This document shows, one piece after another, positions 25,157 to 36,530 of a stretch of 64,000 bases of DNA. Within the stretch, counting starts at the first letter, position 1; every line of letters starts with the position of its first letter. Source of the DNA: Escherichia coli (GTDB lineage: Bacteria; Pseudomonadota; Gammaproteobacteria; Enterobacterales; Enterobacteriaceae). The notes beneath the pieces are model-generated. The model saw nothing but the letters and a program-made list of their open reading frames with translations, ran no database searches and was not told the origin of the DNA. The stretch lies in assembly GCF_041886205.1 (NCBI RefSeq), contig NZ_CP169029.1, one strand, 5' to 3'. The position numbers were made by a program, and so were the translations under genes.

Positions 25157-26811
25157 TCCGCGCGACCGCGCGCCAGCCACAGCACGCGTGAGAACATTTT
25201 TTTCAGCAGCGTCGGTACGGAGTCCACACCACGACGTCCTGCCTCCATTGCCACTTCAATGGCAAGATCGGGTTTGGAAGAGCGATGGATCGCTTTCGAG
25301 ATAATTTTGCGTAGATTCATCGGTACATTTTCCGGGATTTGCGCCACGCGGTGGAACACATCGGAAAATCCCTGGCGATACATAAAATGTTCCATATCCA
25401 GCGCCGGTAACGCCGTTAAATGTTCTCGTTCGGCTTCCCGATCGTTATTCAACAGGCTGCGTACCGTAGCGGCATATTTCTTCCCTGCTTCATCGCCATC
25501 GACCAGTACATGCCATTCAATCCCGATTCGGCGGGCAAATTTAACCAGTGGCTTTAGCCCGGACTGGGCAAACTCAATGACCTTGATCCCTTCGGCATCA
25601 AAATGATGTCCGCACTGACGCGCCAGTTCATTGATAACCCAGGTTTCCGTTTCCCCTTCCACCAGCAACCAGCAGCGTGCAAACAGCGATGACGGACGGT
25701 TAAAACGAATGTGAAAGGATATGCGTCGGCTATCTTCGGTACTCAAGCCACTCGGCCCCAGACGCCAGGCGGCAACGCGCGAGGACTCACGTACCAGTCG
25801 GCAAACATGCTCTACCGGCGTTAACGAAAGCAACTCACCCGAGTTGGTGGTGGCAATGCGCTGCAATGGCAGAAGATTCAACAGATGCCAGGCAACTGAA
25901 AGCATAATGGGGTGTAAACGGGTTTCTGGATCTTCGATCAGCAACAATGGACGGGCGTCTTTATCCAGTCGCAATGTGCCTTTTGCCTGCAACAAAGTAG
26001 CAAACAGGCCGAGCAAAATAACCCGATACGAGCGCCCACCAGGTCGGTCAATCATCCGGTTGATGATATCCAGATAGCGCCAGCTTCGTTGCTCATTGCT
26101 GGCTCGCCGCCGCATTAAACGATATCGCGCCTGTCCGGCCCCCTGCTCAGAGAAATAATGCTCAAGCAGCTGTACCATTGCGGAAAGTCCCTGACGAATC
26201 TGCCCATCAGAGAGATTTTGCGGATGTGAGGATAACTCACGGGCGAGGAAATCGAGCTGGCGCGCGGTGACTTCCACATTAGGGACATTTGGCACCGTGC
26301 CGTTACGAATACGGCGCATAAAACGGGCATCACGCAAGCGCAGCACCGGCATTAAACGCACCAGATGGCGTGCCTGATCGTTAATATCCTCGACATCAAT
26401 CGGATGTCCGTCTTTATCGAGAAAACTGCGCAGTGTCATCACGCTGCCGTCTTCCGCACTCTCCCCTTCCAGACGATAAAAAATACGGTGATAGCCATCG
26501 GTGCATGGCGTCCAGCACGCTTCCAGCGGCCGATAACGGCGAACCCGATGTCGGCCTGGCAGCGATTCGCGGAAGGTCAAAATAATATGCAGATGATGTT
26601 CTCGCCCGTTGATATCTCCCGGCGGGAACCAGAAATCGTCGCGCTCAAAATGGTAGAGATCTGATTCTGGCGATAGCAGCAGGGTTAAGGCGTCCAGCAA
26701 GCTGGATTTACCCCACGCGTTCTCCCCAATCAGGACGTTGTTTTGTTCCAGCATCAACGACAAACGGTTGATACCGCGAAAACCCACAATTTCAACGCGC
26801 TCAAGAATCAT
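25153..26811 (-). CDS. ybjD: OLD-family ATPase/TOPRIM nuclease homolog (class 1, single gene)
   Basis: 552-aa ORF; N-terminal ABC-like ATPase (MILERVEIVGFRGINRL...GENAWGKSSLLDAL) and a C-terminal TOPRIM-like acidic segment (CWLLVEGETETWV). Confidence 0.88.
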   Translation of the reverse strand: MILERVEIVGFRGINRLSLMLEQNNVLIGENAWGKSSLLDALTLLLSPESDLYHFERDDFWFPPGDINGREHHLHIILTFRESLPGRHRVRRYRPLEACWTPCTDGYHRIFYRLEGESAEDGSVMTLRSFLDKDGHPIDVEDINDQARHLVRLMPVLRLRDARFMRRIRNGTVPNVPNVEVTARQLDFLARELSSHPQNLSDGQIRQGLSAMVQLLEHYFSEQGAGQARYRLMRRRASNEQRSWRYLDIINRMIDRPGGRSYRVILLGLFATLLQAKGTLRLDKDARPLLLIEDPETRLHPIMLSVAWHLLNLLPLQRIATTNSGELLSLTPVEHVCRLVRESSRVAAWRLGPSGLSTEDSRRISFHIRFNRPSSLFARCWLLVEGETETWVINELARQCGHHFDAEGIKVIEFAQSGLKPLVKFARRIGIEWHVLVDGDEAGKKYAATVRSLLNNDREAEREHLTALPALDMEHFMYRQGFSDVFHRVAQIPENVPMNLRKIISKAIHRSSKPDLAIEVAMEAGRRGVDSVPTLLKKMFSRVLWLARGRAD

Positions 26812-27236
26812 ATCCCCTCCAGAAATATGTGACTTATCCTTTACGCTGGCAGTATAACGGGAAAGGCCTTGCTAATACGTGATGACATCACATTTAAGCA
26901 TGGCAAATGTCTGAAAAATGAGCGAATAATCGCGTTATACTCCCTCTTGCTGATAAGTCTGCAAAAACAACAAAATCAAATAATTAGCATGATAAATTAT
27001 TTTTTATTACGCCTAAAGGATTAAATCTTTTGCGTGCACTACACTGTCAATCAGACAAATGACTATATGGGGCAACCCGCTGTTGCCCTAAATCAAATTT
27101 ACTGGATTTATTTATCTGGTGAATGACTCGCCTTCGTTTTTAAAATAGCCGCGCATTATTTCCGTCGTCACTTTTTTACGACGACCCTATAAAACGACCA
27201 TATTTTTCACAGGGTCAATTTTTAATTGAGGTGGAT

Positions 27237-27932
27237 ATGTTCAGAAAATTAGCAGCTGAATGTTTTGGTACTTTCTGGCTTGTTTTTGGTGGCTGTGGTA
27301 GTGCTGTACTGGCCGCAGGCTTCCCGGAATTAGGCATTGGTTTTGCCGGCGTGGCGTTGGCGTTCGGTCTGACCGTTCTGACGATGGCCTTTGCTGTTGG
27401 TCATATTTCTGGTGGTCATTTTAACCCGGCGGTCACTATTGGTTTATGGGCTGGCGGACGTTTTCCGGCAAAAGAAGTCGTTGGCTACGTAATTGCCCAG
27501 GTTGTCGGCGGTATTGTTGCAGCGGCGCTGCTGTATTTAATTGCCAGTGGTAAAACGGGTTTTGACGCGGCAGCCAGCGGTTTTGCTTCTAACGGTTATG
27601 GCGAGCATTCACCAGGCGGTTATTCCATGCTTTCCGCGCTGGTAGTTGAACTGGTATTGAGTGCAGGTTTCCTGTTGGTGATCCACGGCGCAACCGACAA
27701 ATTCGCGCCGGCAGGTTTTGCGCCGATCGCTATTGGTCTGGCCTTAACCCTGATTCACTTAATTAGTATTCCGGTGACTAACACTTCTGTTAACCCGGCG
27801 CGCAGCACCGCGGTTGCTATCTTCCAGGGCGGCTGGGCATTAGAACAACTGTGGTTCTTCTGGGTGGTGCCAATTGTCGGCGGCATTATCGGTGGTCTGA
27901 TTTACCGGACCCTGCTGGAAAAGCGTGATTAA
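27237..27932 (+). CDS. aqpZ: Aquaporin Z
   Basis: ORF track 27231..27932 (GTG); start trimmed to [22 protein letters not shown] (231 aa); two NPA motifs (GGHFNPAV and NTSVNPAR). Confidence 0.95.
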   Translation: MFRKLAAECFGTFWLVFGGCGSAVLAAGFPELGIGFAGVALAFGLTVLTMAFAVGHISGGHFNPAVTIGLWAGGRFPAKEVVGYVIAQVVGGIVAAALLYLIASGKTGFDAAASGFASNGYGEHSPGGYSMLSALVVELVLSAGFLLVIHGATDKFAPAGFAPIAIGLALTLIHLISIPVTNTSVNPARSTAVAIFQGGWALEQLWFFWVVPIVGGIIGGLIYRTLLEKRD

Positions 27933-27943
27933 TTAACGCAGAA

Positions 27944-27971
27944 GGCCTGGCGTAATGTCAGGCCTTTTTTT
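27944..27971 (+). terminator. Intrinsic terminator after aqpZ
   Basis: aggcctg-gcgtaatgtc-aggcct hairpin followed by seven T. Confidence 0.55.
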
Positions 27972-28039
27972 AAGATGTTGTTATATGTTGATTCATCATC
28001 TTGTTGCGCTCCTTTCATGAGCTAAGCCACATATTGCCA

Positions 28040-28255
28040 CTGGCGCAAGGAGCGCGCAGGGGGCGGCCAATCGCCGCCGCCCCCTGCACCCCCGGGCTCT
28101 GGCGAACAAAATCGCCGCTGCGCGGTGCCCTCGACTTATCCCTTACGGCTACCGGGTCGGGCGCGAGGTAACATCCCTGTAAAACGCGCCCTCAGCCCAC
28201 ATCCATGTGGGCTGCCCCGGCCTTCAGGGAACGCCTCGGCGATTTTGACGCCACC
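28040..28255. repeat. GC-rich, imperfectly palindromic intergenic element (unclassified)
   Basis: About 215 bp of unusually high GC with nested inverted repeats: gcgctcct/aggagcgc, ggcgaacaaaatcgccg versus cggcgattttgacgcc, and the hairpin agcccacat-cc-atgtgggct at about 28193-28212. Lies between the aqpZ terminator and the lysO start. Confidence 0.3.
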
Positions 28256-28426
28256 AACATCGGTGCAGTTTGTAATTAAAGCGCAAGAATATCTTTAAAT
28301 GAAAACGAATACTCTACTGCTCCTTATGCATAACATTTCCTTTTAATTGCAACTTTACTCGTCCTTCCGCTTTCAGTAGTGTGTCATCGCGCATTTCGAC
28401 TTCATCTTTGCAAGGACTGGGTTTTC

Positions 28427-29326
28427 ATGTTTTCTGGGCTGTTAATCATTCTGGTTCCCCTGATTGTGGGTTACCTTATTCCGCTTCGCCAACAAGCTGC
28501 GTTAAAAGTTATTAATCAGCTATTAAGCTGGATGGTTTACCTTATTCTCTTTTTTATGGGTATCAGTCTGGCGTTTCTCGATAACCTCGCCAGTAACCTG
28601 TTGGCGATTCTGCATTATTCTGCCGTCAGTATTACCGTTATTTTACTGTGTAATATTGCCGCCCTGATGTGGCTCGAGCGAGGCCTGCCGTGGCGCAACC
28701 ACCATCAGCAAGAAAAACTCCCGTCGCGTATTGCGATGGCGCTGGAGTCGCTAAAACTGTGCGGCTTAGTAGTGATTGGTTTTGCCATTGGTCTGAGTGG
28801 ACTGGCTTTCTTACAACACGCGACCGAAGCCAGTGAATACACGTTAATTTTGCTACTTTTCCTCGTTGGTATTCAGTTGCGCAATAATGGCATGACCTTA
28901 AAGCAGATTGTCCTTAATCGCCGGGGAATGATTGTCGCCGTGGTGGTGGTTGTCAGTTCATTAATTGGTGGTTTAATTAACGCCTTTATTCTTGATCTCC
29001 CCATCAATACCGCGCTGGCAATGGCCTCCGGTTTCGGCTGGTATTCTCTTTCCGGTATTTTATTGACCGAATCTTTTGGTCCGGTAATCGGGAGCGCGGC
29101 GTTTTTTAATGATCTGGCCCGTGAACTGATTGCTATTATGTTGATCCCTGGGCTGATTCGCCGCAGCCGCTCTACTGCACTGGGCTTATGCGGTGCCACA
29201 TCAATGGATTTCACCCTGCCCGTTCTTCAACGTACTGGCGGGCTGGATATGGTCCCGGCGGCAATTGTTCACGGTTTTATTCTTAGCCTGTTAGTGCCGA
29301 TCCTCATCGCCTTTTTCTCTGCGTAA
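28427..29326 (+). CDS. lysO: Lysine exporter LysO (YbjE)
   Basis: ORF track 28379..29326; start trimmed to MFSGLLIILVPLIVGYLIPL (299 aa); polytopic membrane protein. Confidence 0.93.
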   Translation: MFSGLLIILVPLIVGYLIPLRQQAALKVINQLLSWMVYLILFFMGISLAFLDNLASNLLAILHYSAVSITVILLCNIAALMWLERGLPWRNHHQQEKLPSRIAMALESLKLCGLVVIGFAIGLSGLAFLQHATEASEYTLILLLFLVGIQLRNNGMTLKQIVLNRRGMIVAVVVVVSSLIGGLINAFILDLPINTALAMASGFGWYSLSGILLTESFGPVIGSAAFFNDLARELIAIMLIPGLIRRSRSTALGLCGATSMDFTLPVLQRTGGLDMVPAAIVHGFILSLLVPILIAFFSA

Positions 29327-29359
29327 TACCTCTCTGGCGGTAGATCCCTGCCGCCAAAA

Positions 29360-29373
29360 TTGCGCTAAATCAA
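29360..29373 (+). promoter_or_regulatory. Candidate FNR site upstream of hcp
   Basis: TTGcgctaaATCAA resembles TTGAT-N4-ATCAA; hcp-hcr is a known FNR-activated operon. Confidence 0.4.
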
Positions 29374-29432
29374 TCTCCCTTAAAGTTGCATGAAAAATCC
29401 CTTTTATCCCCGCGTTAAGCGTCTTAACCTTA

Positions 29433-29455
29433 AACATGTATATTAAATATAACTT
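29433..29455 (+). promoter_or_regulatory. Candidate NsrR operator overlapping the hcp promoter
   Basis: aacATGtATatTAAATATaac is an AT-rich inverted repeat resembling the NsrR consensus (AAnATGCATTT...AAATnCAT); hcp is a known NsrR-regulon member. Confidence 0.4.
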
Positions 29456-29469
29456 TAAAAGGTGTGATC

Positions 29470-31122
29470 ATGTTTTGTGTGCAATGTGAACAAACTATCC
29501 GTACTCCGGCAGGAAACGGCTGCTCATACGCGCAGGGGATGTGTGGTAAAACGGCGGAAACTTCTGACCTTCAGGATTTACTCATCGCGGCGCTGCAAGG
29601 GCTTTCTGCCTGGGCGGTAAAAGCGCGTGAATACGGCATCATCAACCACGATGTTGACAGCTTCGCGCCACGTGCCTTTTTCTCAACCCTGACCAACGTT
29701 AACTTCGATTCTCCGCGTATTGTCGGCTACGCTCGTGAAGCGATTGCCTTGCGCGAGGCGCTGAAAGCACAATGCCTGGCTGTAGATGCCAACGCGCGCG
29801 TCGATAACCCGATGGCTGACCTGCAACTGGTGAGCGATGATCTCGGCGAGCTGCAACGTCAGGCAGCAGAATTTACCCCTAACAAAGATAAAGCGGCGAT
29901 TGGCGAAAACATTCTCGGCCTGCGTCTGCTGTGCCTGTATGGCCTGAAAGGTGCGGCGGCCTATATGGAACACGCGCATGTTCTCGGTCAATACGACAAC
30001 GATATTTATGCCCAGTACCATAAAATCATGGCGTGGCTGGGGACCTGGCCTGCCGATATGAACGCGCTTCTTGAGTGTTCAATGGAAATCGGCCAGATGA
30101 ACTTCAAAGTGATGAGCATTCTGGATGCAGGCGAAACCGGTAAATACGGTCACCCGACGCCAACCCAGGTCAACGTCAAAGCGACGGCGGGTAAATGCAT
30201 TCTGATTTCCGGTCACGATCTCAAAGATCTCTACAACCTGCTGGAACAGACCGAAGGCACAGGCGTTAATGTCTACACCCACGGCGAAATGCTGCCTGCG
30301 CATGGCTACCCGGAGCTGCGTAAATTCAAGCATCTGGTCGGTAACTACGGCAGCGGCTGGCAGAATCAGCAAGTAGAGTTCGCTCGTTTCCCTGGCCCCA
30401 TCGTGATGACCTCGAACTGCATCATCGACCCAACCGTAGGCGCTTATGACGATCGTATCTGGACCCGCAGCATCGTTGGCTGGCCTGGCGTGCGTCATCT
30501 GGATGGCGAAGATTTCTCTGCGGTCATCGCCCAGGCGCAACAAATGGCGGGCTTCCCGTACAGCGAAATTCCTCACCTGATCACCGTGGGCTTTGGTCGC
30601 CAGACGCTGCTTGGTGCAGCCGATACGCTGATTGATCTGGTTAGCCGTGAAAAACTGCGTCATATCTTCCTGCTTGGTGGCTGTGACGGCGCACGCGGCG
30701 AGCGCCACTACTTCACCGATTTCGCCACCAGCGTGCCGGATGACTGCCTGATCCTGACCCTCGCCTGTGGTAAATATCGCTTTAACAAACTTGAGTTTGG
30801 CGATATCGAAGGTCTGCCGCGTCTGGTAGATGCAGGTCAATGTAACGATGCTTACTCAGCAATTATTCTGGCTGTCACTCTGGCAGAGAAACTGGGCTGT
30901 GGTGTGAACGATCTGCCGCTGTCGCTGGTGCTCTCCTGGTTTGAACAGAAAGCGATTGTCATTCTGCTGACGCTGCTTTCTCTGGGCGTGAAAAATATCG
31001 TCACCGGCCCGACTGCACCTGGTTTCCTGACACCAGACCTGCTGGCGGTGCTGAACGAGAAATTCGGCCTGCGTTCTATCACCACTGTTGAAGAAGACAT
31101 GAAGCAACTGTTGAGCGCGTAA
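29470..31122 (+). CDS. hcp: Hybrid-cluster protein (NO-detoxifying, S-nitrosylase)
   Basis: ORF track 29464..31122 (GTG); start trimmed to [30 protein letters not shown] (550 aa) with the N-terminal Cys cluster. Confidence 0.96.
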   Translation: MFCVQCEQTIRTPAGNGCSYAQGMCGKTAETSDLQDLLIAALQGLSAWAVKAREYGIINHDVDSFAPRAFFSTLTNVNFDSPRIVGYAREAIALREALKAQCLAVDANARVDNPMADLQLVSDDLGELQRQAAEFTPNKDKAAIGENILGLRLLCLYGLKGAAAYMEHAHVLGQYDNDIYAQYHKIMAWLGTWPADMNALLECSMEIGQMNFKVMSILDAGETGKYGHPTPTQVNVKATAGKCILISGHDLKDLYNLLEQTEGTGVNVYTHGEMLPAHGYPELRKFKHLVGNYGSGWQNQQVEFARFPGPIVMTSNCIIDPTVGAYDDRIWTRSIVGWPGVRHLDGEDFSAVIAQAQQMAGFPYSEIPHLITVGFGRQTLLGAADTLIDLVSREKLRHIFLLGGCDGARGERHYFTDFATSVPDDCLILTLACGKYRFNKLEFGDIEGLPRLVDAGQCNDAYSAIILAVTLAEKLGCGVNDLPLSLVLSWFEQKAIVILLTLLSLGVKNIVTGPTAPGFLTPDLLAVLNEKFGLRSITTVEEDMKQLLSA

Positions 31123-31133
31123 GGAGTTTGTCG

Positions 31134-32102
31134 ATGACGATGCCAACGAATCAATGCCCGTGGCGGATGCAGGTTCATCACATTACGCAAGAAACGCCGG
31201 ATGTGTGGACGATTTCCCTGATTTGCCACGATCACTACCCATATCGCGCCGGGCAATATGCACTGGTCAGCGTGCGAAACTCAGCGGAAACGCTGCGTGC
31301 TTACACCATTTCCTCCACGCCAGGCGTGAGTGAATATATCACCCTGACCGTGCGGCGGATTGATGACGGTGTCGGCTCCCAGTGGCTGACGCGCGATGTA
31401 AAACGCGGTGATTATCTCTGGCTTTCGGACGCGATGGGGGAATTTACCTGCGACGATAAAGCAGAAGATAAATTCCTGTTGCTGGCGGCAGGCTGCGGCG
31501 TCACGCCGATTATGTCGATGCGTCGCTGGCTTGCGAAGAACCGTCCACAGGCCGATGTGCGGGTGATCTACAACGTGCGTACGCCGCAGGATGTTATTTT
31601 CGCCGATGAGTGGCGTAACTATCCGGTAACGCTGGTGGCAGAAAATAACGTTACCGAAGGCTTTATCGCTGGTCGTCTCACTCGCGAACTGCTGGCAGGT
31701 GTACCTGACTTAGCTTCACGTACCGTGATGACCTGCGGCCCGGCTCCGTATATGGATTGGGTAGAGCAGGAAGTGAAAGCGCTCGGCGTGACGCGTTTCT
31801 TTAAAGAGAAATTCTTCACCCCAGTAGCAGAAGCGGCGACCAGCGGTCTGAAATTCACCAAACTGCAACCGGCACGAGAATTTTACGCCCCGGTTGGCAC
31901 CACGCTACTGGAGGCGCTGGAAAGCAATAACGTTCCGGTTGTCGCTGCCTGCCGTGCGGGTGTTTGCGGCTGCTGTAAGACAAAAGTGGTTTCCGGTGAA
32001 TATACGGTGAGCAGCACAATGACGCTGACCGACGCCGAAATCGCTGAAGGTTACGTACTGGCCTGCTCCTGCCATCCGCAGGGGGATTTGGTTCTCGCAT
32101 AA
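31134..32102 (+). CDS. hcr: NADH oxidoreductase for Hcp (FNR-like flavin/NAD domain plus 2Fe-2S ferredoxin)
   Basis: ORF track 31128..32102 (TTG); start trimmed to ATG MTMPTNQCPWRMQVHH (322 aa); C-terminal CRAGVCGCC 2Fe-2S motif. Confidence 0.95.
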   Translation: MTMPTNQCPWRMQVHHITQETPDVWTISLICHDHYPYRAGQYALVSVRNSAETLRAYTISSTPGVSEYITLTVRRIDDGVGSQWLTRDVKRGDYLWLSDAMGEFTCDDKAEDKFLLLAAGCGVTPIMSMRRWLAKNRPQADVRVIYNVRTPQDVIFADEWRNYPVTLVAENNVTEGFIAGRLTRELLAGVPDLASRTVMTCGPAPYMDWVEQEVKALGVTRFFKEKFFTPVAEAATSGLKFTKLQPAREFYAPVGTTLLEALESNNVPVVAACRAGVCGCCKTKVVSGEYTVSSTMTLTDAEIAEGYVLACSCHPQGDLVLA

Positions 32103-32109
32103 TCGCCTT

Positions 32110-32143
32110 ATGCCCGATGATATTCCTTTCATCGGGCTATTTA
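32110..32143 (+). terminator. Possible terminator after hcr
   Basis: gcccgatga...tcatcgggc stem followed by tatttaacc; weak U tract. Confidence 0.3.
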
Positions 32144-32234
32144 ACCGTTAGTGCCTCCTTTCTCTCCCATCCCTTCCCCTTCCGTCAGATGAACTAAACT
32201 TGTTACCGTTATCACATTCAGGAGATGGAGAACC

Positions 32235-33953
32235 ATGAAACAAACGGTTGCAGCTTATATCGCCAAAACACTCGAATCGGCAGGCGTGAAACGCATCTGG
32301 GGAGTCACAGGCGACTCTCTGAACGGTCTTAGTGACAGTCTTAATCGCATGGGCACCATCGAGTGGATGTCCACCCGCCATGAAGAAGTGGCGGCGTTTG
32401 CCGCTGGCGCTGAAGCACAACTTTCAGGAGAACTGGCGGTCTGTGCCGGATCGTGCGGCCCCGGCAACCTGCACTTAATCAACGGCCTATTCGATTGCCA
32501 CCGCAATAACGTTCCGGTAATGGCGATTGCCGCTCATATTCCCTCCAGCGAAATTGGCAGCGGCTATTTCCAGGAAACCCACCCACAAGAGCTATTCCGC
32601 GAATGTAGTCACTATTGCGAGCTGGTTTCCAGCCCGGAGCAGATCCCACAAGTGCTGGCAATTGCTATGCGCAAAGCAGTGCTTAACCGTGGCGTTTCCG
32701 TTGTTGTGTTACCGGGTGACGTGGCGTTAAAACCTGCGCCAGAAGGAGCAACTACCCACTGGTATCATGCGCCACAGCCAGTTGTGACGCCGGAAGAAGA
32801 AGAGTTACGCAAACTGGCGCAACTGCTGCGTTATTCCAGCAATATCGCCCTGATGTGTGGCAGCGGCTGCGCGGGGGCGCATAAAGAGTTAGTTGAGTTT
32901 GCCGGGAAAATTAAAGCACCTATTGTTCATGCCCTGCGCGGTAAAGAACATGTCGAATACGATAATCCGTATGATGTTGGAATGACCGGGTTAATCGGCT
33001 TCTCGTCAGGTTTTCACACTATGATGAATGCCGATACGTTAGTGCTGCTCGGCACGCAATTTCCCTACCGCGCCTTCTACCCGACCGATGCCAAAATCAT
33101 TCAGATTGATATCAACCCAGCCAGCATCGGCGCTCACAGCAAGGTGGATATGGCACTGGTCGGCGATATCAAGTCGACTCTGCGTGCATTGCTTCCATTG
33201 GTGGAAGAAAAAGCCGATCGCAAGTTTCTGGATAAAGCGCTGGAAGATTACCGCGACGCCCGCAAAGGGCTGGACGATTTAGCTAAACCGAGCGAGAAAG
33301 CCATTCACCCGCAATATCTGGCGCAGCAAATTAGTCATTTTGCCGCCGATGACGCTATTTTCACCTGTGACGTTGGTACGCCAACGGTGTGGGCGGCACG
33401 TTATCTAAAAATGAACGGCAAGCGTCGCCTGTTAGGTTCGTTTAACCACGGTTCGATGGCTAACGCCATGCCGCAGGCGCTGGGTGCGCAGGCGACAGAG
33501 CCAGAACGTCAGGTGGTCGCCATGTGCGGCGATGGCGGTTTTAGCATGTTGATGGGCGATTTCCTCTCAGTAGTGCAGATGAAACTGCCAGTGAAAATTG
33601 TCGTCTTTAACAACAGCGTGCTGGGCTTTGTGGCGATGGAGATGAAAGCTGGTGGCTATTTGACTGACGGCACCGAACTACACGACACAAACTTTGCCCG
33701 CATTGCCGAAGCGTGCGGCATTACGGGTATCCGTGTAGAAAAAGCGTCTGAAGTTGATGAAGCCCTGCAACGCGCCTTCTCCATCGACGGTCCGGTGCTG
33801 GTGGATGTGGTGGTCGCCAAAGAAGAGTTAGCCATTCCACCGCAGATCAAACTCGAACAGGCCAAAGGATTTAGCTTGTATATGTTGCGCGCAATCATCA
33901 GCGGACGCGGCGATGAAGTGATCGAACTGGCGAAAACGAACTGGCTAAGGTAA
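32235..33953 (+). CDS. poxB: Pyruvate oxidase (ubiquinone-dependent, ThDP/FAD)
   Basis: 572-aa [35 protein letters not shown]; ThDP-binding GDGGF motif. Confidence 0.96.
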   Translation: MKQTVAAYIAKTLESAGVKRIWGVTGDSLNGLSDSLNRMGTIEWMSTRHEEVAAFAAGAEAQLSGELAVCAGSCGPGNLHLINGLFDCHRNNVPVMAIAAHIPSSEIGSGYFQETHPQELFRECSHYCELVSSPEQIPQVLAIAMRKAVLNRGVSVVVLPGDVALKPAPEGATTHWYHAPQPVVTPEEEELRKLAQLLRYSSNIALMCGSGCAGAHKELVEFAGKIKAPIVHALRGKEHVEYDNPYDVGMTGLIGFSSGFHTMMNADTLVLLGTQFPYRAFYPTDAKIIQIDINPASIGAHSKVDMALVGDIKSTLRALLPLVEEKADRKFLDKALEDYRDARKGLDDLAKPSEKAIHPQYLAQQISHFAADDAIFTCDVGTPTVWAARYLKMNGKRRLLGSFNHGSMANAMPQALGAQATEPERQVVAMCGDGGFSMLMGDFLSVVQMKLPVKIVVFNNSVLGFVAMEMKAGGYLTDGTELHDTNFARIAEACGITGIRVEKASEVDEALQRAFSIDGPVLVDVVVAKEELAIPPQIKLEQAKGFSLYMLRAIISGRGDEVIELAKTNWLR

Positions 33954-33989
33954 AAAGGGTGGCATTTCCCGTCATAATAAGGACATGCC

Positions 33990-34991
33990 ATGATTGATTT
34001 ACGCAGTGATACCGTTACCCGACCGAGCCGCGCCATGCTCGAAGCAATGATGGCCGCCCCGGTTGGGGACGACGTTTACGGAGACGACCCTACCGTTAAT
34101 GCTCTGCAGGACTACGCCGCAGAGCTTTCCGGTAAAGAAGCCGCCATTTTTCTGCCGACCGGCACTCAGGCCAACCTGGTCGCTCTGCTCAGTCACTGCG
34201 AACGTGGCGAAGAGTATATTGTCGGTCAGGCCGCGCATAACTATCTGTTTGAAGCCGGTGGCGCAGCGGTGCTGGGCAGTATTCAGCCGCAACCCATCGA
34301 CGCGGCTGCCGACGGCACGCTACCGCTGGATAAAGTGGCGATGAAAATCAAACCCGACGATATCCATTTCGCCCGCACCAAATTACTCAGTCTGGAAAAC
34401 ACCCACAACGGCAAAGTGCTGCCGCGTGAATACCTGAAAGAAGCATGGGAATTTACCCGCGAGCGCAATCTGGCGCTGCATGTTGACGGTGCGCGCATCT
34501 TTAATGCCGTGGTGGCTTACGGCTGCGAACTGAAAGAGATCACGCAATATTGTGATTCGTTCACCATTTGCCTGTCGAAAGGTCTTGGGACGCCAGTCGG
34601 TTCATTACTCGTCGGTAATCGTGATTACATTAAACGTGCCATCCGCTGGCGGAAAATGGCCGGTGGCGGGATGCGTCAGTCCGGGATTCTGGCTGCCGCC
34701 GGGATGTATGCCCTGAAAAATAACGTCGCACGGTTGCAGGAAGATCACGACAACGCCGCCTGGATGGCGGAGCAACTGCGTGAAGCAGGCGCGGATGTGA
34801 TGCGTCAGGACACTAATATGCTGTTTGTTCGCGTCGGGGAAGAAAATGCTGCCGCGTTAGGCGAATACATGAAAGCGAGAAACGTGCTGATTAACGCCTC
34901 GCCGATTGTCCGCCTGGTGACGCATCTTGACGTCTCGCGCGAACAACTGGCGGAAGTCGCCGCCCACTGGCGCGCATTCCTGGCGCGTTAA
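33990..34991 (+). CDS. ltaE: Low-specificity L-threonine aldolase (PLP-dependent)
   Basis: 333-aa [23 protein letters not shown]; conserved position after poxB. Confidence 0.95.
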   Translation: MIDLRSDTVTRPSRAMLEAMMAAPVGDDVYGDDPTVNALQDYAAELSGKEAAIFLPTGTQANLVALLSHCERGEEYIVGQAAHNYLFEAGGAAVLGSIQPQPIDAAADGTLPLDKVAMKIKPDDIHFARTKLLSLENTHNGKVLPREYLKEAWEFTRERNLALHVDGARIFNAVVAYGCELKEITQYCDSFTICLSKGLGTPVGSLLVGNRDYIKRAIRWRKMAGGGMRQSGILAAAGMYALKNNVARLQEDHDNAAWMAEQLREAGADVMRQDTNMLFVRVGEENAAALGEYMKARNVLINASPIVRLVTHLDVSREQLAEVAAHWRAFLAR

Positions 34992-35001
34992 GGAGAGAGA
35001 C

Positions 35002-36432
35002 GTGCCGCAACGCATTTTAGTTCTCGGTGCCAGTGGCTACATTGGTCAGCATCTGGTGCGCACACTCAGCCAGCAAGGGCATCAGATCCTGGCGGCGGCA
35101 CGTCATGTCGACAGGCTTGCAAAGCTGCAACTGGCAAACGTCAGTTGCCATAAAGTCGATCTCAGCTGGCCGGATAACCTTCCGGCCCTGTTGCAGGATA
35201 TCGATACCGTCTATTTTCTGGTGCACAGCATGGGCGAAGGCGGCGATTTTATCGCTCAGGAGCGCCAGGTGGCTCTCAACGTCCGCGATGCGCTACGTGA
35301 AGTACCAGTTAAGCAATTAATCTTTCTCAGTTCGTTGCAGGCCCCGCCACATGAGCAGTCGGATCATCTGCGTGCTCGTCAGGCTACGGCGGACATTCTT
35401 CGTGAAGCGAATGTACCTGTGACCGAACTTCGGGCCGGAATTATCGTTGGCGCAGGTTCAGCGGCGTTCGAAGTCATGCGCGATATGGTCTACAACCTGC
35501 CAGTGTTAACGCCGCCACGCTGGGTACGTTCACGCACCACGCCCATCGCGCTGGAAAACTTGCTGCACTATCTGGTGGCGTTGTTAGATCATCCGGCCAG
35601 CGAACACCGCATCTTCGAAGCCGCCGGACCAGAGGTGCTCAGTTATCAGCAACAGTTTGAACATTTTATGGCGGTGAGCGGTAAGCGCCGCTGGTTGATC
35701 CCCATCCCCCTCCCCACCCGCTGGATTTCGGTATGGTTTCTCAATGTGATTACTTCCGTACCGCCCACCACCGCCAGGGCGTTGATTCAGGGGCTGAAAC
35801 ACGATCTGCTGGCGGATGATACCGCGCTACGTGCACTCATCCCACAACGGCTGATCGCTTTCGATGACGCGGTACGTAGCACGTTGAAAGAGGAGGAAAA
35901 ACTGGTCAACTCCAGCGACTGGGGCTACGACGCTCAGGCCTTTGCCCGCTGGCGACCGGAGTACGGTTATTTTGCCAAACAGGCGGGGTTTACCGTTAAA
36001 ACGTCCGCCAGCCTTGCTGCTTTATGGCAGGTAGTGAACCAAATCGGCGGTAAAGAGCGTTATTTCTTTGGCAATATTTTGTGGCAGACACGGGCGTTGA
36101 TGGACCGCGCGATCGGTCATAAGCTGGCGAAAGGCCGCCCGGAGCGCGAATATTTACAGACTGGCGATGCGGTAGATAGCTGGAAAGTGATTGTCGTTGA
36201 ACCGGAAAAACAACTTACGTTGTTATTTGGCATGAAAGCGCCGGGGCTGGGACGACTGTGTTTTAGCCTGGAAGATAAAGGCGACTATCGTACTATCGAT
36301 GTCCGCGCTTTCTGGCATCCGCACGGTATGCCGGGGCTGTTTTACTGGTTATTGATGATCCCCGCGCATCTGTTTATTTTTCGCGGAATGGCAAAACAAA
36401 TCGCCAGACTGGCAGAACAAAGCACAGATTAA
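35002..36432 (+). CDS. ybjT: NAD(P)-binding Rossmann-fold (NmrA/SDR-like) protein with C-terminal DUF domain
   Basis: ORF track 34927..36432; start placed at GTG 35002 ([18 protein letters not shown]), 4 nt after the [13 protein letters not shown] and downstream of the ltaE stop; 476 aa. Confidence 0.88.
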
Positions 36433-36530
36433 TCGACAAAACCTGCGTTATTCTTTCATGTTTCCCATTGCATCATGGGGGAAATCACGGAAGAATGCGC
36501 ACGTTATTTTCTCAACAACAGTGGATTGAT

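Noticed and set aside
30079-31256. Minus-strand ORFs 30079..30840 (253 aa) and 30852..31256 (134 aa)
   Set aside because: Antisense to hcp and the hcr start; the plus-strand frames encode well-recognised proteins.
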